54,419 nt of DNA, from assembly GCA_017420585.1 (NCBI GenBank), contig JAFOIT010000201.1, forward strand, positions 1 to 54,419, given 5' to 3'. Made by a program: the position numbers and the translations under genes. Below the pieces are notes generated by a model, which was not told the DNA's origin, searched no databases, and was given only the letters and a program-made list of their open reading frames with translations. Shown here piece by piece: positions 9,174-18,764 of the stretch; position 1 is the stretch's first letter; each line of letters starts with the position of its first letter. This stretch comes from Solobacterium sp. GTDB taxonomy: Bacteria > Bacillota_I > Bacilli_A > Erysipelotrichales > Erysipelotrichaceae.

Positions 9174-10682
9174 TCAAAGACCGCACACCAGCAGGACTGC
9201 CAGGATGACAGCCGGTACGGTTACCGTGTCCCATTCACTCGGCGAGACCAGTTCCGTCAATGCCCCGGCCAGGGCTGCCCATGCGACCCGGAACCAGACG
9301 CTTCCCGGCATATGGCAGTACAGCAGGAAGAACACCAGCCCCGTGAGCAGGGAAGTCAGGAACATCACGCCGGTTCCTTCCCATGATTTCTTCCCGTCCG
9401 TCAGCCGCCAATGCACTTTATGGCGCCCGAACGGAATCCCAACCAGGGCCGCCATGGCATCCCCGGTTCCCCACATCAGGATCGCCGCCGCGGCCGGTTC
9501 CCGCCTGCCGAACAGGCCCCATGACACTGCCGTCAGGGCCGCGAACATGAAGAACAGCAGAAGCAGGCTCATGCGGATCTCACCGGGTTCTTTTTCCACA
9601 AACAGCGGGCTGTACCACGGTTCCTTCTCCACCAGGCGCAGCAGCGGGTAGATTACCACCGCAATCAGACACGAAGTCAATGATGCGGCCATCCAGCTTT
9701 CCGCTTTGGCAATCATCATCGTGACACAGGAAAATGCCACCAGGTGCAGGCATTTGCGGAAGACAAACTGCGGCAGGGCAAACAGGAACCGGATCACAAG
9801 CAGCCCCAGCACACAGGGAATAATAAAGACAATAAAATCCCGCAGGCAGTGCATCACCTGCAGATAAAGCGGGATGGCTGTCAGATACTCCCGGTAAAAC
9901 AGCAGGATCATCGCGGCCCCGAGCACGGTCAGAACCACCCCGGTGACCAGTCCCACAGTGCGGCTGCTGACCCGGTTGGCAAAGCGGGCGGAAACCAGCG
10001 AAGCCAGCGTGGCGGTAAACATGCACAGCAGCAACACCGGCCAGCGCTCCAGCACAATTGCCGGATGAATCAGCACATGGCTGACGGAAGCGATCAATGC
10101 CGTAAACGTCATGATAAACGTACTGGTGCCCACCGCGGTCTTGAGTTCCATGCCGAGGAACACCATAAACACCACCAGCAGCATCATCCCGCCGCCGGTG
10201 CCGACAAAACCCGTGCCGAAACCGATGGTCAGCCCGAAGAACAGGGAAACGCACACGCCCTTCCAGTCCAGGGAGGCTCCTTTTGAAACTGTCTGATCCC
10301 GGGAAGTGTCCGGTTTTACCAGGAAGCGGATGCCGATGAAGAATGTCAGGAACAGCGTGAAGCTGCCCAGCACGAAATTGCCGGCCAGCCAGGCTGCGTA
10401 ACTGCCGGCCGTGCACATGACCAGGATGCATACCAGCATGATCCAGCCGCGTTTCAGATCGATATTCTTATGCCGCGCGTAGGTCCAGGCAGTCACCGCC
10501 GAACCGAGGATATCGGATGCCAGGGCAATGGCCGTCGCCTGATAAGCACCGGTTTCCCCGCCGAAGGAAGGACACAGGACAATCAGGACCGGAACCATGA
10601 CCGTCGCTGCCGACAGCCCGGCCAGCCCGGTGCCGATCCCTGCCCCAAGGGATGCGATCATGTACCAGAAGTATTCCATCAT
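9174..10682 (-). CDS. fusion of a TSUP (TauE/SafE) permease and a CTP-dependent dolichol/phytol/DAG-kinase-like (CTP_transf) membrane domain
   Basis: N-part: GAGIGTGLAGLSAA, GFVGTGGG, AVGTS. C-part: RKCLHL, GTGDAMAALVGIPFGRHK, KKSWEG, ELVS..WDTV. One uninterrupted ORF; start is 10682 or 10679. Confidence 0.75.
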   Translation of the reverse strand: MMEYFWYMIASLGAGIGTGLAGLSAATVMVPVLIVLCPSFGGETGAYQATAIALASDILGSAVTAWTYARHKNIDLKRGWIMLVCILVMCTAGSYAAWLAGNFVLGSFTLFLTFFIGIRFLVKPDTSRDQTVSKGASLDWKGVCVSLFFGLTIGFGTGFVGTGGGMMLLVVFMVFLGMELKTAVGTSTFIMTFTALIASVSHVLIHPAIVLERWPVLLLCMFTATLASLVSARFANRVSSRTVGLVTGVVLTVLGAAMILLFYREYLTAIPLYLQVMHCLRDFIVFIIPCVLGLLVIRFLFALPQFVFRKCLHLVAFSCVTMMIAKAESWMAASLTSCLIAVVIYPLLRLVEKEPWYSPLFVEKEPGEIRMSLLLLFFMFAALTAVSWGLFGRREPAAAAILMWGTGDAMAALVGIPFGRHKVHWRLTDGKKSWEGTGVMFLTSLLTGLVFFLLYCHMPGSVWFRVAWAALAGALTELVSPSEWDTVTVPAVILAVLLVCGL

Positions 10683-10743
10683 AGATGGCTCTATTCTAGC
10701 AAAAACCGCCTTGTCTACCCCAGAAAAACCATCTTCCGCACAG

Positions 10744-10775
10744 AAAAAAAACAGGTTCCCGGGGGAGCCTGTTTT
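10744..10775 (-). terminator. terminator of the maltodextrin operon
   Basis: Minus strand CAGGCTCCC..GGGAACCTG followed by a T8 run. Confidence 0.8.
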
Positions 10776-10778
10776 CAC

Positions 10779-12323
10779 TCAGCCCAGCAGCGCAAAGGAC
10801 TGCGGGCCCAGAATCAGTGTTTCTTCCGACAATTCCGCCGCGCCGGTCACCGCCAGCACGTTCTTTCCTTCCAGCTGTTCATCCCGCAGCTGTTTTGTGG
10901 TCCCTGACGGATTCATCGCGCAGACCAGCTTTCCCCGCTGATACGCGAATATATCCTGCCCGCCGGCGGCAGACAGCACCGCAAACGGCGCATCCGCCTG
11001 CAGATCCGGATACCTGTGCCGCACGGCAATCCACTTCCGGGCCGTGTTCAGCAGCGACTCCGGATCCTGTTCCTGGTCCGCCGCGGTGACGGCATCCGGG
11101 GCAGTATCCACCGGCAGATACAGGTCTTCAGCCCCCGCGTCTGAAAAGCCCAGGTTGACACTGTGGTCCCACTGCATCGGGGTGCGGCTGCCGGTCCGCT
11201 GATAGCCGCCTTCCTTGGTCGGCACATCCGCGTACTTCATGCCGATCTCATCCCCGTAGTAGACAAACGGCACGCCCGGCATGGTCATCAGGAAGGCAAA
11301 GTACAGCTTCATCTCATCAGCCGACAAAGTCCAGGCCGGCCGCGGGGTGTCATGGTTGCAGGTAAACATCGAGATGTATCCCCGGGACCGGGTATTTTCA
11401 TATTTCGGCAGATAGTCATCCAGAAACCGCCGGATATCCCCGCCGCTGTCCTTCCGGAAATAGCTGCGGTCAGCCCCGCCGGCTTCGTAGTCACGCAGCA
11501 GTGTATTATAGCCGTTGCCCACATGATCCAGATAGAAATCCATGTGAAAGCCGCCGCCGTTGATGGCCTGCACCGGATTGGACCACTCGCTGACCAGCGC
11601 CGCTTCGGGATAGTCATGATCCAGCATGGTCCGTACATCCCGCCAGACGGCAGCCGTAGCCGACTTGTTTTCATCGTCGTTTTTGACCAGGGAGTCCGCC
11701 ATATCCACCCGGAACCCGTCACAGCCCCGGTCCAGCCAGTACCGCATGACATCCTTCATCGCTTCCCGGGTAGCCAAAGCTTCCGGTGAATCCGCCGCGC
11801 TCATCCACGCTTCCGTGCGGTTGAGCCAGCCGTAGTTCAGGGCCGGCTGGGAAGCGAAGAAATTCAGCATATATGACCCGGCCCGTTCCTTCATGCCGGA
11901 AATATACGGATGTCCGGCTATTCCGGCAAAGGGATGGTCGGTCCACACATAGCGGCCCCAGTATTCATTCGGTTCGGCCCGGCAGGAAGCCTGGAACCAG
12001 GCATGCGTATCCGATGTATGCCCCGGCACCAGGTCCAGCAGTACCCGGATCCCCAACCGATGCGCTTTGTCAAACAAACGGACCAGATCCGCTTCCGTCC
12101 CGTACCGCGGGGCAACTTTCTTATAGTCACGGATATCATAGCCCCCGTCCAGGAACGGCGAATCGAAGACCGGGTTCAGCCACAGGGCATTGCAGCCAAG
12201 TTCCCGGACATAGTCCAGCCCGGCGGTGATGCCGGCCAGGTCACCGATCCCGTCCCCGTTTCCATCCCGGAACGAAGGCGGGTAAATCTCATAGAAAACT
12301 GCGTCTTTCAGCCATTCCGGCAT
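10779..12323 (-). CDS. cytoplasmic GH13 alpha-amylase/alpha-glucosidase family enzyme
   Basis: WLKDAVFYEIYP, DLVPGH, DGFRVDMA, LVSEW, CNHD, YYGDEIGM; GGAGGAG SD before ATG 12323. Confidence 0.9.
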   Translation of the reverse strand: MPEWLKDAVFYEIYPPSFRDGNGDGIGDLAGITAGLDYVRELGCNALWLNPVFDSPFLDGGYDIRDYKKVAPRYGTEADLVRLFDKAHRLGIRVLLDLVPGHTSDTHAWFQASCRAEPNEYWGRYVWTDHPFAGIAGHPYISGMKERAGSYMLNFFASQPALNYGWLNRTEAWMSAADSPEALATREAMKDVMRYWLDRGCDGFRVDMADSLVKNDDENKSATAAVWRDVRTMLDHDYPEAALVSEWSNPVQAINGGGFHMDFYLDHVGNGYNTLLRDYEAGGADRSYFRKDSGGDIRRFLDDYLPKYENTRSRGYISMFTCNHDTPRPAWTLSADEMKLYFAFLMTMPGVPFVYYGDEIGMKYADVPTKEGGYQRTGSRTPMQWDHSVNLGFSDAGAEDLYLPVDTAPDAVTAADQEQDPESLLNTARKWIAVRHRYPDLQADAPFAVLSAAGGQDIFAYQRGKLVCAMNPSGTTKQLRDEQLEGKNVLAVTGAAELSEETLILGPQSFALLG

Positions 12324-12325
12324 AT

Positions 12326-13951
12326 TTACTCCTCCCCAGTCAGCACTGCCGTTCCCCACGGCGGCAGGGTCAGTGTGTCATCCCGGAAACCCACGGGTTC
12401 TGCAGATACCGTCAGAACACCCTTCAGATGATGGAATTCCGTGCTGCCCGTATGAATGGTCTGTGTTTCCGGACTGATGTTGTATACGACCAGGGCCGGG
12501 GCGTGCACGCCGTCCTCCCGGATCAGCACACAGACATCATCCGTGGTCAGATCCTGATGTACCCAGGTACGCCCGGATGTGATTACCGGCAGGGCATTGC
12601 GGATACGCATGACTTCCCGGATGTAATTCAGAATCGAGTACGGATCCTTCTCCTGTTCCGCCAGGGACGGGAATTTCATCTGCACGTTGTCCATGCCCGG
12701 CGGGGCCTTGGTCATCCCCGCAGCCTGCGGGTCATCGCTCCAGTACATGGGGGCCCGCTTGTTTTCATCTCTTCCGGCCCCTTTCATGCCGATTTCCTCG
12801 CCGTAATACAGGAACACTTTCCCGCCGGCAAGCAGATTCATCGCCTGTGCCAGCTTGGTGCGGTCACCTTCGTCCGTGGCATAATACCCCGCACTGCGGC
12901 CCATATCATGGTTGGTGTAGAACGGGGCGTTGACTGCCTGGGGTCCATAGGACTCGTACAGTTGCCATTCCTTTTCCAGCATATTGCCGAAGTCCCTGGC
13001 CGTGTACTGTCCCAGCAGGGTTCCGGCAATAATCCCTGAGGCATCCGCAAAGGCAAAGTCAAACATGGAATCCACCCCGGACGCGTAGTACCGGGCATAG
13101 ACTTTCTGGCTGTCCCAGCCCTCACAGACGATATAACAGTCCGGATCCAGTTCTTTCGCCGTCTGATTGACAAACGAAAGGAATTCAATATTTTTGTCCG
13201 CGTTTCCCGTGTAGTAGGACGTGACGGCATCCAGGCGGAATCCGTCGGCCCCTTCATTGAGCCAGTAACGCATGATCTCACGGATTTCCCTCCGGACGGC
13301 ATCACTGTCCAAGTTGAGGTCCGGCATGCCTTCCCAGAAGCGGGCCTCATAGTACCAGCCGCTGTCAGCCAGCTGCGCATAGCCGCCCTGGGCCTGGCGC
13401 GTGAAGCGGTAATAGTCAACATACGGGCAGGCCTGCGGATCCGGTTCAGCCCCTTCCGGCAGGTCATGGAGGTATGCTGCGGCAGTCTGGAACCATGGGT
13501 GCTGCACCGAGGTATGGTTGAGCACCAGGTCCACGATGACCTGCATGCGGCGTTCGCGGCAGGCTGCCGCAAGCGTGCGGAAATCCTCCCGGGTGCCGTA
13601 GGCCGGATCTATATCCGTGTAGTCAGCCACATCATATTTATGATATGTCGGCGAAGGCGCAATCGGCATCAGCCAGATGCCCCGGAAACCCAGGTCATGG
13701 ATGTAATCCAGTTTCTGTGTGACCCCGTTCAGATCGCCTGTACCGTCTCCGTCTGCATCGTAAAATGAGCCGACAAATACTTCATATACTGATGGATACA
13801 CACCCTCCGGTATATCCTCCTGCAGGGACGCATTTACCTGTGACATGACAGAAACAGCAGACTTCCGAGAACTCTGCTGTTTTACTGCATATACGATCAA
13901 TACGGACAGGAGAAGAACCAGGGAGAGGATGATCTTCCTGTATTTCTTCAT
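12326..13951 (-). CDS. exported or membrane-anchored GH13 alpha-amylase
   Basis: Basic then hydrophobic N-terminus; YEVFVGSFYD, DLVLNH, DGFRLDAV, VCEGW, TNHD, YYGEEIGM. Confidence 0.88.
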   Translation of the reverse strand: MKKYRKIILSLVLLLSVLIVYAVKQQSSRKSAVSVMSQVNASLQEDIPEGVYPSVYEVFVGSFYDADGDGTGDLNGVTQKLDYIHDLGFRGIWLMPIAPSPTYHKYDVADYTDIDPAYGTREDFRTLAAACRERRMQVIVDLVLNHTSVQHPWFQTAAAYLHDLPEGAEPDPQACPYVDYYRFTRQAQGGYAQLADSGWYYEARFWEGMPDLNLDSDAVRREIREIMRYWLNEGADGFRLDAVTSYYTGNADKNIEFLSFVNQTAKELDPDCYIVCEGWDSQKVYARYYASGVDSMFDFAFADASGIIAGTLLGQYTARDFGNMLEKEWQLYESYGPQAVNAPFYTNHDMGRSAGYYATDEGDRTKLAQAMNLLAGGKVFLYYGEEIGMKGAGRDENKRAPMYWSDDPQAAGMTKAPPGMDNVQMKFPSLAEQEKDPYSILNYIREVMRIRNALPVITSGRTWVHQDLTTDDVCVLIREDGVHAPALVVYNISPETQTIHTGSTEFHHLKGVLTVSAEPVGFRDDTLTLPPWGTAVLTGEE

Positions 13952-13953
13952 GA

Positions 13954-14838
13954 TTATCCCTTAACGGCACCTCCCATGCCTTCCACATAGAACCTCTGCA
14001 TGTAGAGGAACAATGCGGCGATCGGAATCGAGATCAGCACGGCTCCGGCCGCGAAGCAGGTATACCACTGGTAGATATACTCTTTCTGAAGCATGTTCCA
14101 GAGGCCGATGGCCACTGTGAACTGGTCGGCATTGGCACGGCAGACCACCTTGGCAAAGATGAAGTCCACCCACGGCGCAATGAACGAAGTCATGACCGTG
14201 TAGATGACGATCGGCTTGGCCAGCGGCATTGTGATCCTGGTGAAGACCTGCCACTGGGTAGCCCCGTCGATTACGGCCGCTTCATCAATGGAACGCGGGA
14301 TCGTGTCAAAATAGCCCTTGGCAATCTGGAAGCCCAGGCCGGTGCACGCGGAATAGACGATGATCAGGCCGAAGCGGATCATGGCCCCTTCCGTCAGGCC
14401 CATGGCTTTCAGGATAAAGTACTGGGCCACCATTGTCATGAAGCCCGGGAACAGTCCGAGGATCATGGCCAGGTTCATGTACGGCTTGCGGAACATGAAC
14501 CGCATGCGGCTCAGGGAATAGGCCACGGACAGCACAAAGAACGTGCTGATGATGCAGCAGCAGATCGCTATGATCAGCGTGTTGCCGAACATCTTCGGGA
14601 AATTCAGGACATTCCGGTCCGTCAGCAGCTTGACATAATTGTTCAGCGTATATCCCTGCGGCAGGAAGGTATTTGTGTAGGCGCCCGGTTCTGCCCGGAA
14701 ACTGGTCAGTACGATCCAGAATATCGGCATAACCCAGATGGCCGCCAGCACCGCCAGCAGCAGATGCACCAGCAGATTGACAACAATGCTCCTGGTACTG
14801 CGCCGGTTCTTCTTTCCGGTTACATTCACGGCAGTCAT
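13954..14838 (-). CDS. malG: maltodextrin ABC permease (MalG/MalD-type)
   Basis: KGYFDTIPRSIDEAAVIDGA EAA motif; start set at MTAVNV. Confidence 0.85.
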   Translation of the reverse strand: MTAVNVTGKKNRRSTRSIVVNLLVHLLLAVLAAIWVMPIFWIVLTSFRAEPGAYTNTFLPQGYTLNNYVKLLTDRNVLNFPKMFGNTLIIAICCCIISTFFVLSVAYSLSRMRFMFRKPYMNLAMILGLFPGFMTMVAQYFILKAMGLTEGAMIRFGLIIVYSACTGLGFQIAKGYFDTIPRSIDEAAVIDGATQWQVFTRITMPLAKPIVIYTVMTSFIAPWVDFIFAKVVCRANADQFTVAIGLWNMLQKEYIYQWYTCFAAGAVLISIPIAALFLYMQRFYVEGMGGAVKG

Positions 14839-14839
14839 A

Positions 14840-16186
14840 TTACATGAACGCCTCCTCATTCTTGTAGGAACTGGAGCTCCTGTAGGTAACAAGTGTAATG
14901 ATCGTCAGGATGACGAAGGTCATGATGCCGATAACAGCGCCTAGGTTGTAATACTGCTGGTCAATCGTCAGCTTGTACAGCCAGGTCACGAGCAGGTCGG
15001 TCTGGCCGGCCGTGTCGCCGACATATGTCGGTCCGCCTCCCGAGAGCAGGTAGATGACATTGAAGTTGTTGATGTTCCCGACAAAGCTCGCAATCAGGTA
15101 CGGCGTTGTGACAAACAGCATGTACGGCAGCGTAATCTTGAAGAAGATGGTAACCGGTCCGGCCCCGTCCATCCGGGCTGCTTCATACAGTTCCGCCGGA
15201 ATATTCTGGAGAATGCCGGTAACCTGCAGCATCGTATACGGAATACCGACCCACAGGTTGATCACGATGATCGTGATCCTTGCCCACATCCTGCTGGTCC
15301 AGAACGGCAGCGGTGACGTGATCCAGCCGAGGTTCTTCAGCAGCACGTTGATTGCGCCGGAGGGCTGCAGCATGATGTTCATGATCATCAGGGTGACAAA
15401 CTGCGGCACGGCAATCGACAGGACGAAGCAGAAACGCCAGAATGCTTTCCCCTTTGTATCCTTGCGGTTGATGATCATGGCCAGGATCATGCCGAGAATA
15501 TAGTTCAGGAACGTCGCGAAGATCGCCCAGACAATCGTCCAGGCCAGGACATGCCAGAACTGCCGGCCGATGTTGCCGTTCATGTTCAGCACCCGCCGGA
15601 ACTGATTCACCCCGTCCCAGTCAAACAGGACCAGGTGTTCGCCTTCCTTGGAATAGGTGGTGAACGCCATGGAGATCATGTATACCAGCGGCACAATATT
15701 GAACACCAGGATGCCCAGGCACGGCAGCGACATCAGGGTTATGTACAGGTTTTTGTCAAAGAGATTGCGGACGTCTTCCTTCAGGGAAGGAATATGCGTG
15801 CCTTCCTCCTGCATCTTCTGCAGTTTGTACGCATGCCGCATCTGCAGAACCCACAGGACGATGATCGCAGCGATTACAAACAGGGTAATGACACCGGCAA
15901 GCAGGATCTGCTGAGAGTTGTCTCCGGTGGTATACTCGTAAATCTGCTTGGCTTCATTCCACACTTTTTCCTGCACCTGGTCACCAAGTGAAGGAAGCAT
16001 GCCCAGGGAAGCGATCCCTTTATTAACCATGTAGTACAGAAAAGCGATTTCGCACAGCAGAACGGCACATCCCTTGGCCACCTGTTTCCGGACAATCATG
16101 CCGAGTCCCATGATGACAGCTGACAGCTTTGTAAACAGATCACCTTTCAGTATCGCGTTTCTTGCATTGATCTGACTGTTTTCCAT
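14840..16186 (-). CDS. malF: maltodextrin ABC permease (MalF/MalC-type)
   Basis: LYEAARMDGA, NINNFNVIYLL, TDLLVTWLYKLT. Confidence 0.85.
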   Translation of the reverse strand: MENSQINARNAILKGDLFTKLSAVIMGLGMIVRKQVAKGCAVLLCEIAFLYYMVNKGIASLGMLPSLGDQVQEKVWNEAKQIYEYTTGDNSQQILLAGVITLFVIAAIIVLWVLQMRHAYKLQKMQEEGTHIPSLKEDVRNLFDKNLYITLMSLPCLGILVFNIVPLVYMISMAFTTYSKEGEHLVLFDWDGVNQFRRVLNMNGNIGRQFWHVLAWTIVWAIFATFLNYILGMILAMIINRKDTKGKAFWRFCFVLSIAVPQFVTLMIMNIMLQPSGAINVLLKNLGWITSPLPFWTSRMWARITIIVINLWVGIPYTMLQVTGILQNIPAELYEAARMDGAGPVTIFFKITLPYMLFVTTPYLIASFVGNINNFNVIYLLSGGGPTYVGDTAGQTDLLVTWLYKLTIDQQYYNLGAVIGIMTFVILTIITLVTYRSSSSYKNEEAFM

Positions 16187-16210
16187 TTAATCACCTCCCG
16201 CAGAGTCAGG

Positions 16211-16248
16211 GAAAGAATGCCGCGGCCGGCCGTTATGCCGGCCGCAGC
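16211..16248 (-). terminator. intercistronic hairpin after the binding-protein gene (stabiliser or partial terminator)
   Basis: Minus strand GCTGCGGCCGGC-ATAACG-GCCGGCCGCGGC then ATTCTTTC. Confidence 0.6.
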
Positions 16249-16267
16249 TGTTTCAGATAAACTGCAA

Positions 16268-17500
16268 TCAGTTGACGCCGGACGAATTCATGGATTCGTT
16301 CATGGCTTCTGTCTTTTCCGCCGCATTGTCATGTGTGACACTGCCGGATACGAGTTCTTCACCCATGGACTGTGCAGGTGTCCAGTAGTTGCCCATGTCG
16401 GCCTGCAGCGGCTGGACGATCGACGCGAAGTCCATCGTATCCATCTGTGCCTTTGCCAGGGCATCGTCACCGACGTTGATCGCCATGTCAGTCGGGATGA
16501 TGTTGCGCAGGTCATAGTGTGCCTGCTGGGCGGCAGTGCTGCCCAGGTATGCTGCCAGGGCAACGGCGATTTCCGGGTGCTCCTTGTAGAGCGCGGTTGT
16601 CGGGTTGACACCGATCGCCTTGGAACCGGCGAAGGACTTCATCTGCTTCAGCTCGCCATCCAGGGTGTAGGACGGGGCTGCGGCGATGCCGAGGTTGTCA
16701 CCATAGGCGTCAACAGCCTTCTGGTAATCCCAGGTACCGGAGAAGAATGCGTCGATGTCATTGCCGGTGGAAACGTCACCGTTGACGAAGTTCGGATTGG
16801 CTACCAGGTCAACCAGGTAGTTCGTTACGGCAGCTGCCTTGTCACCGCTGAAGTCAATGCCGGCGGCAGCGTCACCGCCGTCCGGACCGAACAGTGTGCA
16901 TCCGTTGGCAACATAGAATGCCGCGATGTACCAGGAGTTACTCAGCGGGAACGCCACCTTGCCCTTGGCGAGCATGGCATCAAGGCTCTTGGCATCTTCG
17001 TCTGTGAAGACACTCTTGTCATAGTACATGAACCATGTATTGGCAGTGAACGGGACACCGTAAACGGCACCGTCATAGGTTACTGTATTGACAGCTGTCG
17101 CGGAATTGGCAGCCTTGACAGCGTCCAGTGTCTTGCCGCCGAGTTCAGCGATAGCGCCTGCCTTCAGCAGGTCCGGAATCTGGTCATTCGCAAACATGTA
17201 TACATCTGCGCCGGCCGCCGGGTCAGTGCTGAGGTTTGTCTTGGCATCGCCTTCGGAGCATACACCGTAATTGAAGGTGATATCCCATTCTTCATGTTCC
17301 TTGGCGAAGTTTTCGCACTGGGTCTGCAGCCACTTTCCGTTGTCGTCGGACTGGTCTTCCTGCGGGCCCCATACAGTGACGGTTACGCTGACCTTTTCAT
17401 CTCCGCCGGAAGGCTTATCGTTGGAGCCGGAGCCGCTTCCGGAGCAGCCGGCCAGCAGTGCGGCACAGAGCACGCCTGCCATCAGTTTCTTTGCGTTCAT
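16268..17500 (-). CDS. malE: maltodextrin ABC substrate-binding lipoprotein
   Basis: Lipobox LAGC; ADVYMFANDQ, YGVPFTANTWFMYYDKS, MGNYWTP. Confidence 0.85.
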   Translation of the reverse strand: MNAKKLMAGVLCAALLAGCSGSGSGSNDKPSGGDEKVSVTVTVWGPQEDQSDDNGKWLQTQCENFAKEHEEWDITFNYGVCSEGDAKTNLSTDPAAGADVYMFANDQIPDLLKAGAIAELGGKTLDAVKAANSATAVNTVTYDGAVYGVPFTANTWFMYYDKSVFTDEDAKSLDAMLAKGKVAFPLSNSWYIAAFYVANGCTLFGPDGGDAAAGIDFSGDKAAAVTNYLVDLVANPNFVNGDVSTGNDIDAFFSGTWDYQKAVDAYGDNLGIAAAPSYTLDGELKQMKSFAGSKAIGVNPTTALYKEHPEIAVALAAYLGSTAAQQAHYDLRNIIPTDMAINVGDDALAKAQMDTMDFASIVQPLQADMGNYWTPAQSMGEELVSGSVTHDNAAEKTEAMNESMNSSGVN

Positions 17501-17556
17501 CTTTTCTTTTCCTCCTAAATTATGCTTATCGCTGGTAGTGTTACCACGATGACGCC

Positions 17557-18750
17557 TTATTTATACTCCAGGTTCAATCCTTCCGAATCGAACATATGGA
17601 TGACATTGTTCCCGAACGTGAAGCGCACCGGTGTACCGATGCCCATCGGGCGGCCCTTCAGGTCCAGGGTCGGCACGATGATGATGCTGTCCTTGCCGCC
17701 GGAATTGATATGCAGGTGCACGGAGCTGCCCATCATTTCGCTGACATCGACGACGCCCTCGATCATGGCCCCTTCCTTTTCATGCAGGGAGATGTGCTCC
17801 GGCCTGACCCCGACCGTAATGTCCTGCGGCTTTGTATTCCGCTCACGCAGGTTATTCTGCTTTTCTTCCGACAATTCGATCACCGCATCACTGACCTGCA
17901 CGGCATAGGTTCCGTCTTCTTTCAGAAGCAGCCTGCCGTCATAGAAGTTCATCTGCGGCATGCCGATGAAGCCGGCCACGAACAGGTTGTGCGGTTCGTC
18001 GAACACTTCCTGCGGTGTGCCCACCTGCTGCACTTCGCCGTCCTTCATGATGACGATCCGGTCTCCCAGGGTCATGGCTTCGGTCTGGTCATGCGTGACA
18101 TAGATAAACGTGGCGTTGATCTTCTGGCGCAGCTTGATGATCTCGGCCCGCATCTGGTTCCGCAGCTTGGCGTCCAGGTTGGACAGCGGTTCGTCCATCA
18201 GCAACAGTTTCGGATCCCGTACAATCGCCCGGCCGATCGCGACTCTCTGCCGCTGCCCGCCGGACAATGCCTTCGGCTTGCGCTCCAGATATTCGGTAAT
18301 GCCGAGGATTTCCGCCGCTTCATCAACCCGGCGGTTCATCTCATCCTTCGGTACTTTCCGCAGCTCGAGCGGGAACTGCAGGTTCTGCCGGACGGTCATA
18401 TGCGGATACAGGGCATAGTTCTGGAACACCATAGCGATATCCCGGTCCTTCGGGGCCACATCGTTCATCCGCTTGCCGTCAATGTACAGGTCTCCGCGGG
18501 TGATGTCCTCAAGCCCGGCCACCATGCGCAGGGTTGTGGACTTGCCGCAGCCGGAAGGCCCGACCAGGACGATGAATTCCTTGTCGGCGATCTCGAGGTT
18601 GAACGAATCAACCGCGACAACACCCTCATCGGTAATCTTCAGATTACTTCTGCGCTTCGGGGCGTCATCCTCTTTCTTCTTCCGCTTTCTGGTATCATCC
18701 GCGGTATTGGGATAGATCTTCTGGATATTTTTCAGACTGACTGTTGCCAT
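17557..18750 (-). CDS. msmK: sugar ABC ATPase (MsmK/MsmX/UgpC type)
   Basis: GPSGCGKST, LSGGQRQR, LLMDEPLSNLD, VTHDQ, C-terminal TOBE. Confidence 0.93.
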   Translation of the reverse strand: MATVSLKNIQKIYPNTADDTRKRKKKEDDAPKRRSNLKITDEGVVAVDSFNLEIADKEFIVLVGPSGCGKSTTLRMVAGLEDITRGDLYIDGKRMNDVAPKDRDIAMVFQNYALYPHMTVRQNLQFPLELRKVPKDEMNRRVDEAAEILGITEYLERKPKALSGGQRQRVAIGRAIVRDPKLLLMDEPLSNLDAKLRNQMRAEIIKLRQKINATFIYVTHDQTEAMTLGDRIVIMKDGEVQQVGTPQEVFDEPHNLFVAGFIGMPQMNFYDGRLLLKEDGTYAVQVSDAVIELSEEKQNNLRERNTKPQDITVGVRPEHISLHEKEGAMIEGVVDVSEMMGSSVHLHINSGGKDSIIIVPTLDLKGRPMGIGTPVRFTFGNNVIHMFDSEGLNLEYK

Positions 18751-18764
18751 GATGGTTCCCCCTT

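Noticed and set aside
7341-9386. 681-aa plus-strand ORF (and similar long ORFs such as 32809-34566, 35693-37234, 16217-17518, 17596-18936)
   Set aside because: Antisense shadows of well-supported genes, produced by GC3-biased codon usage; no motifs or SD
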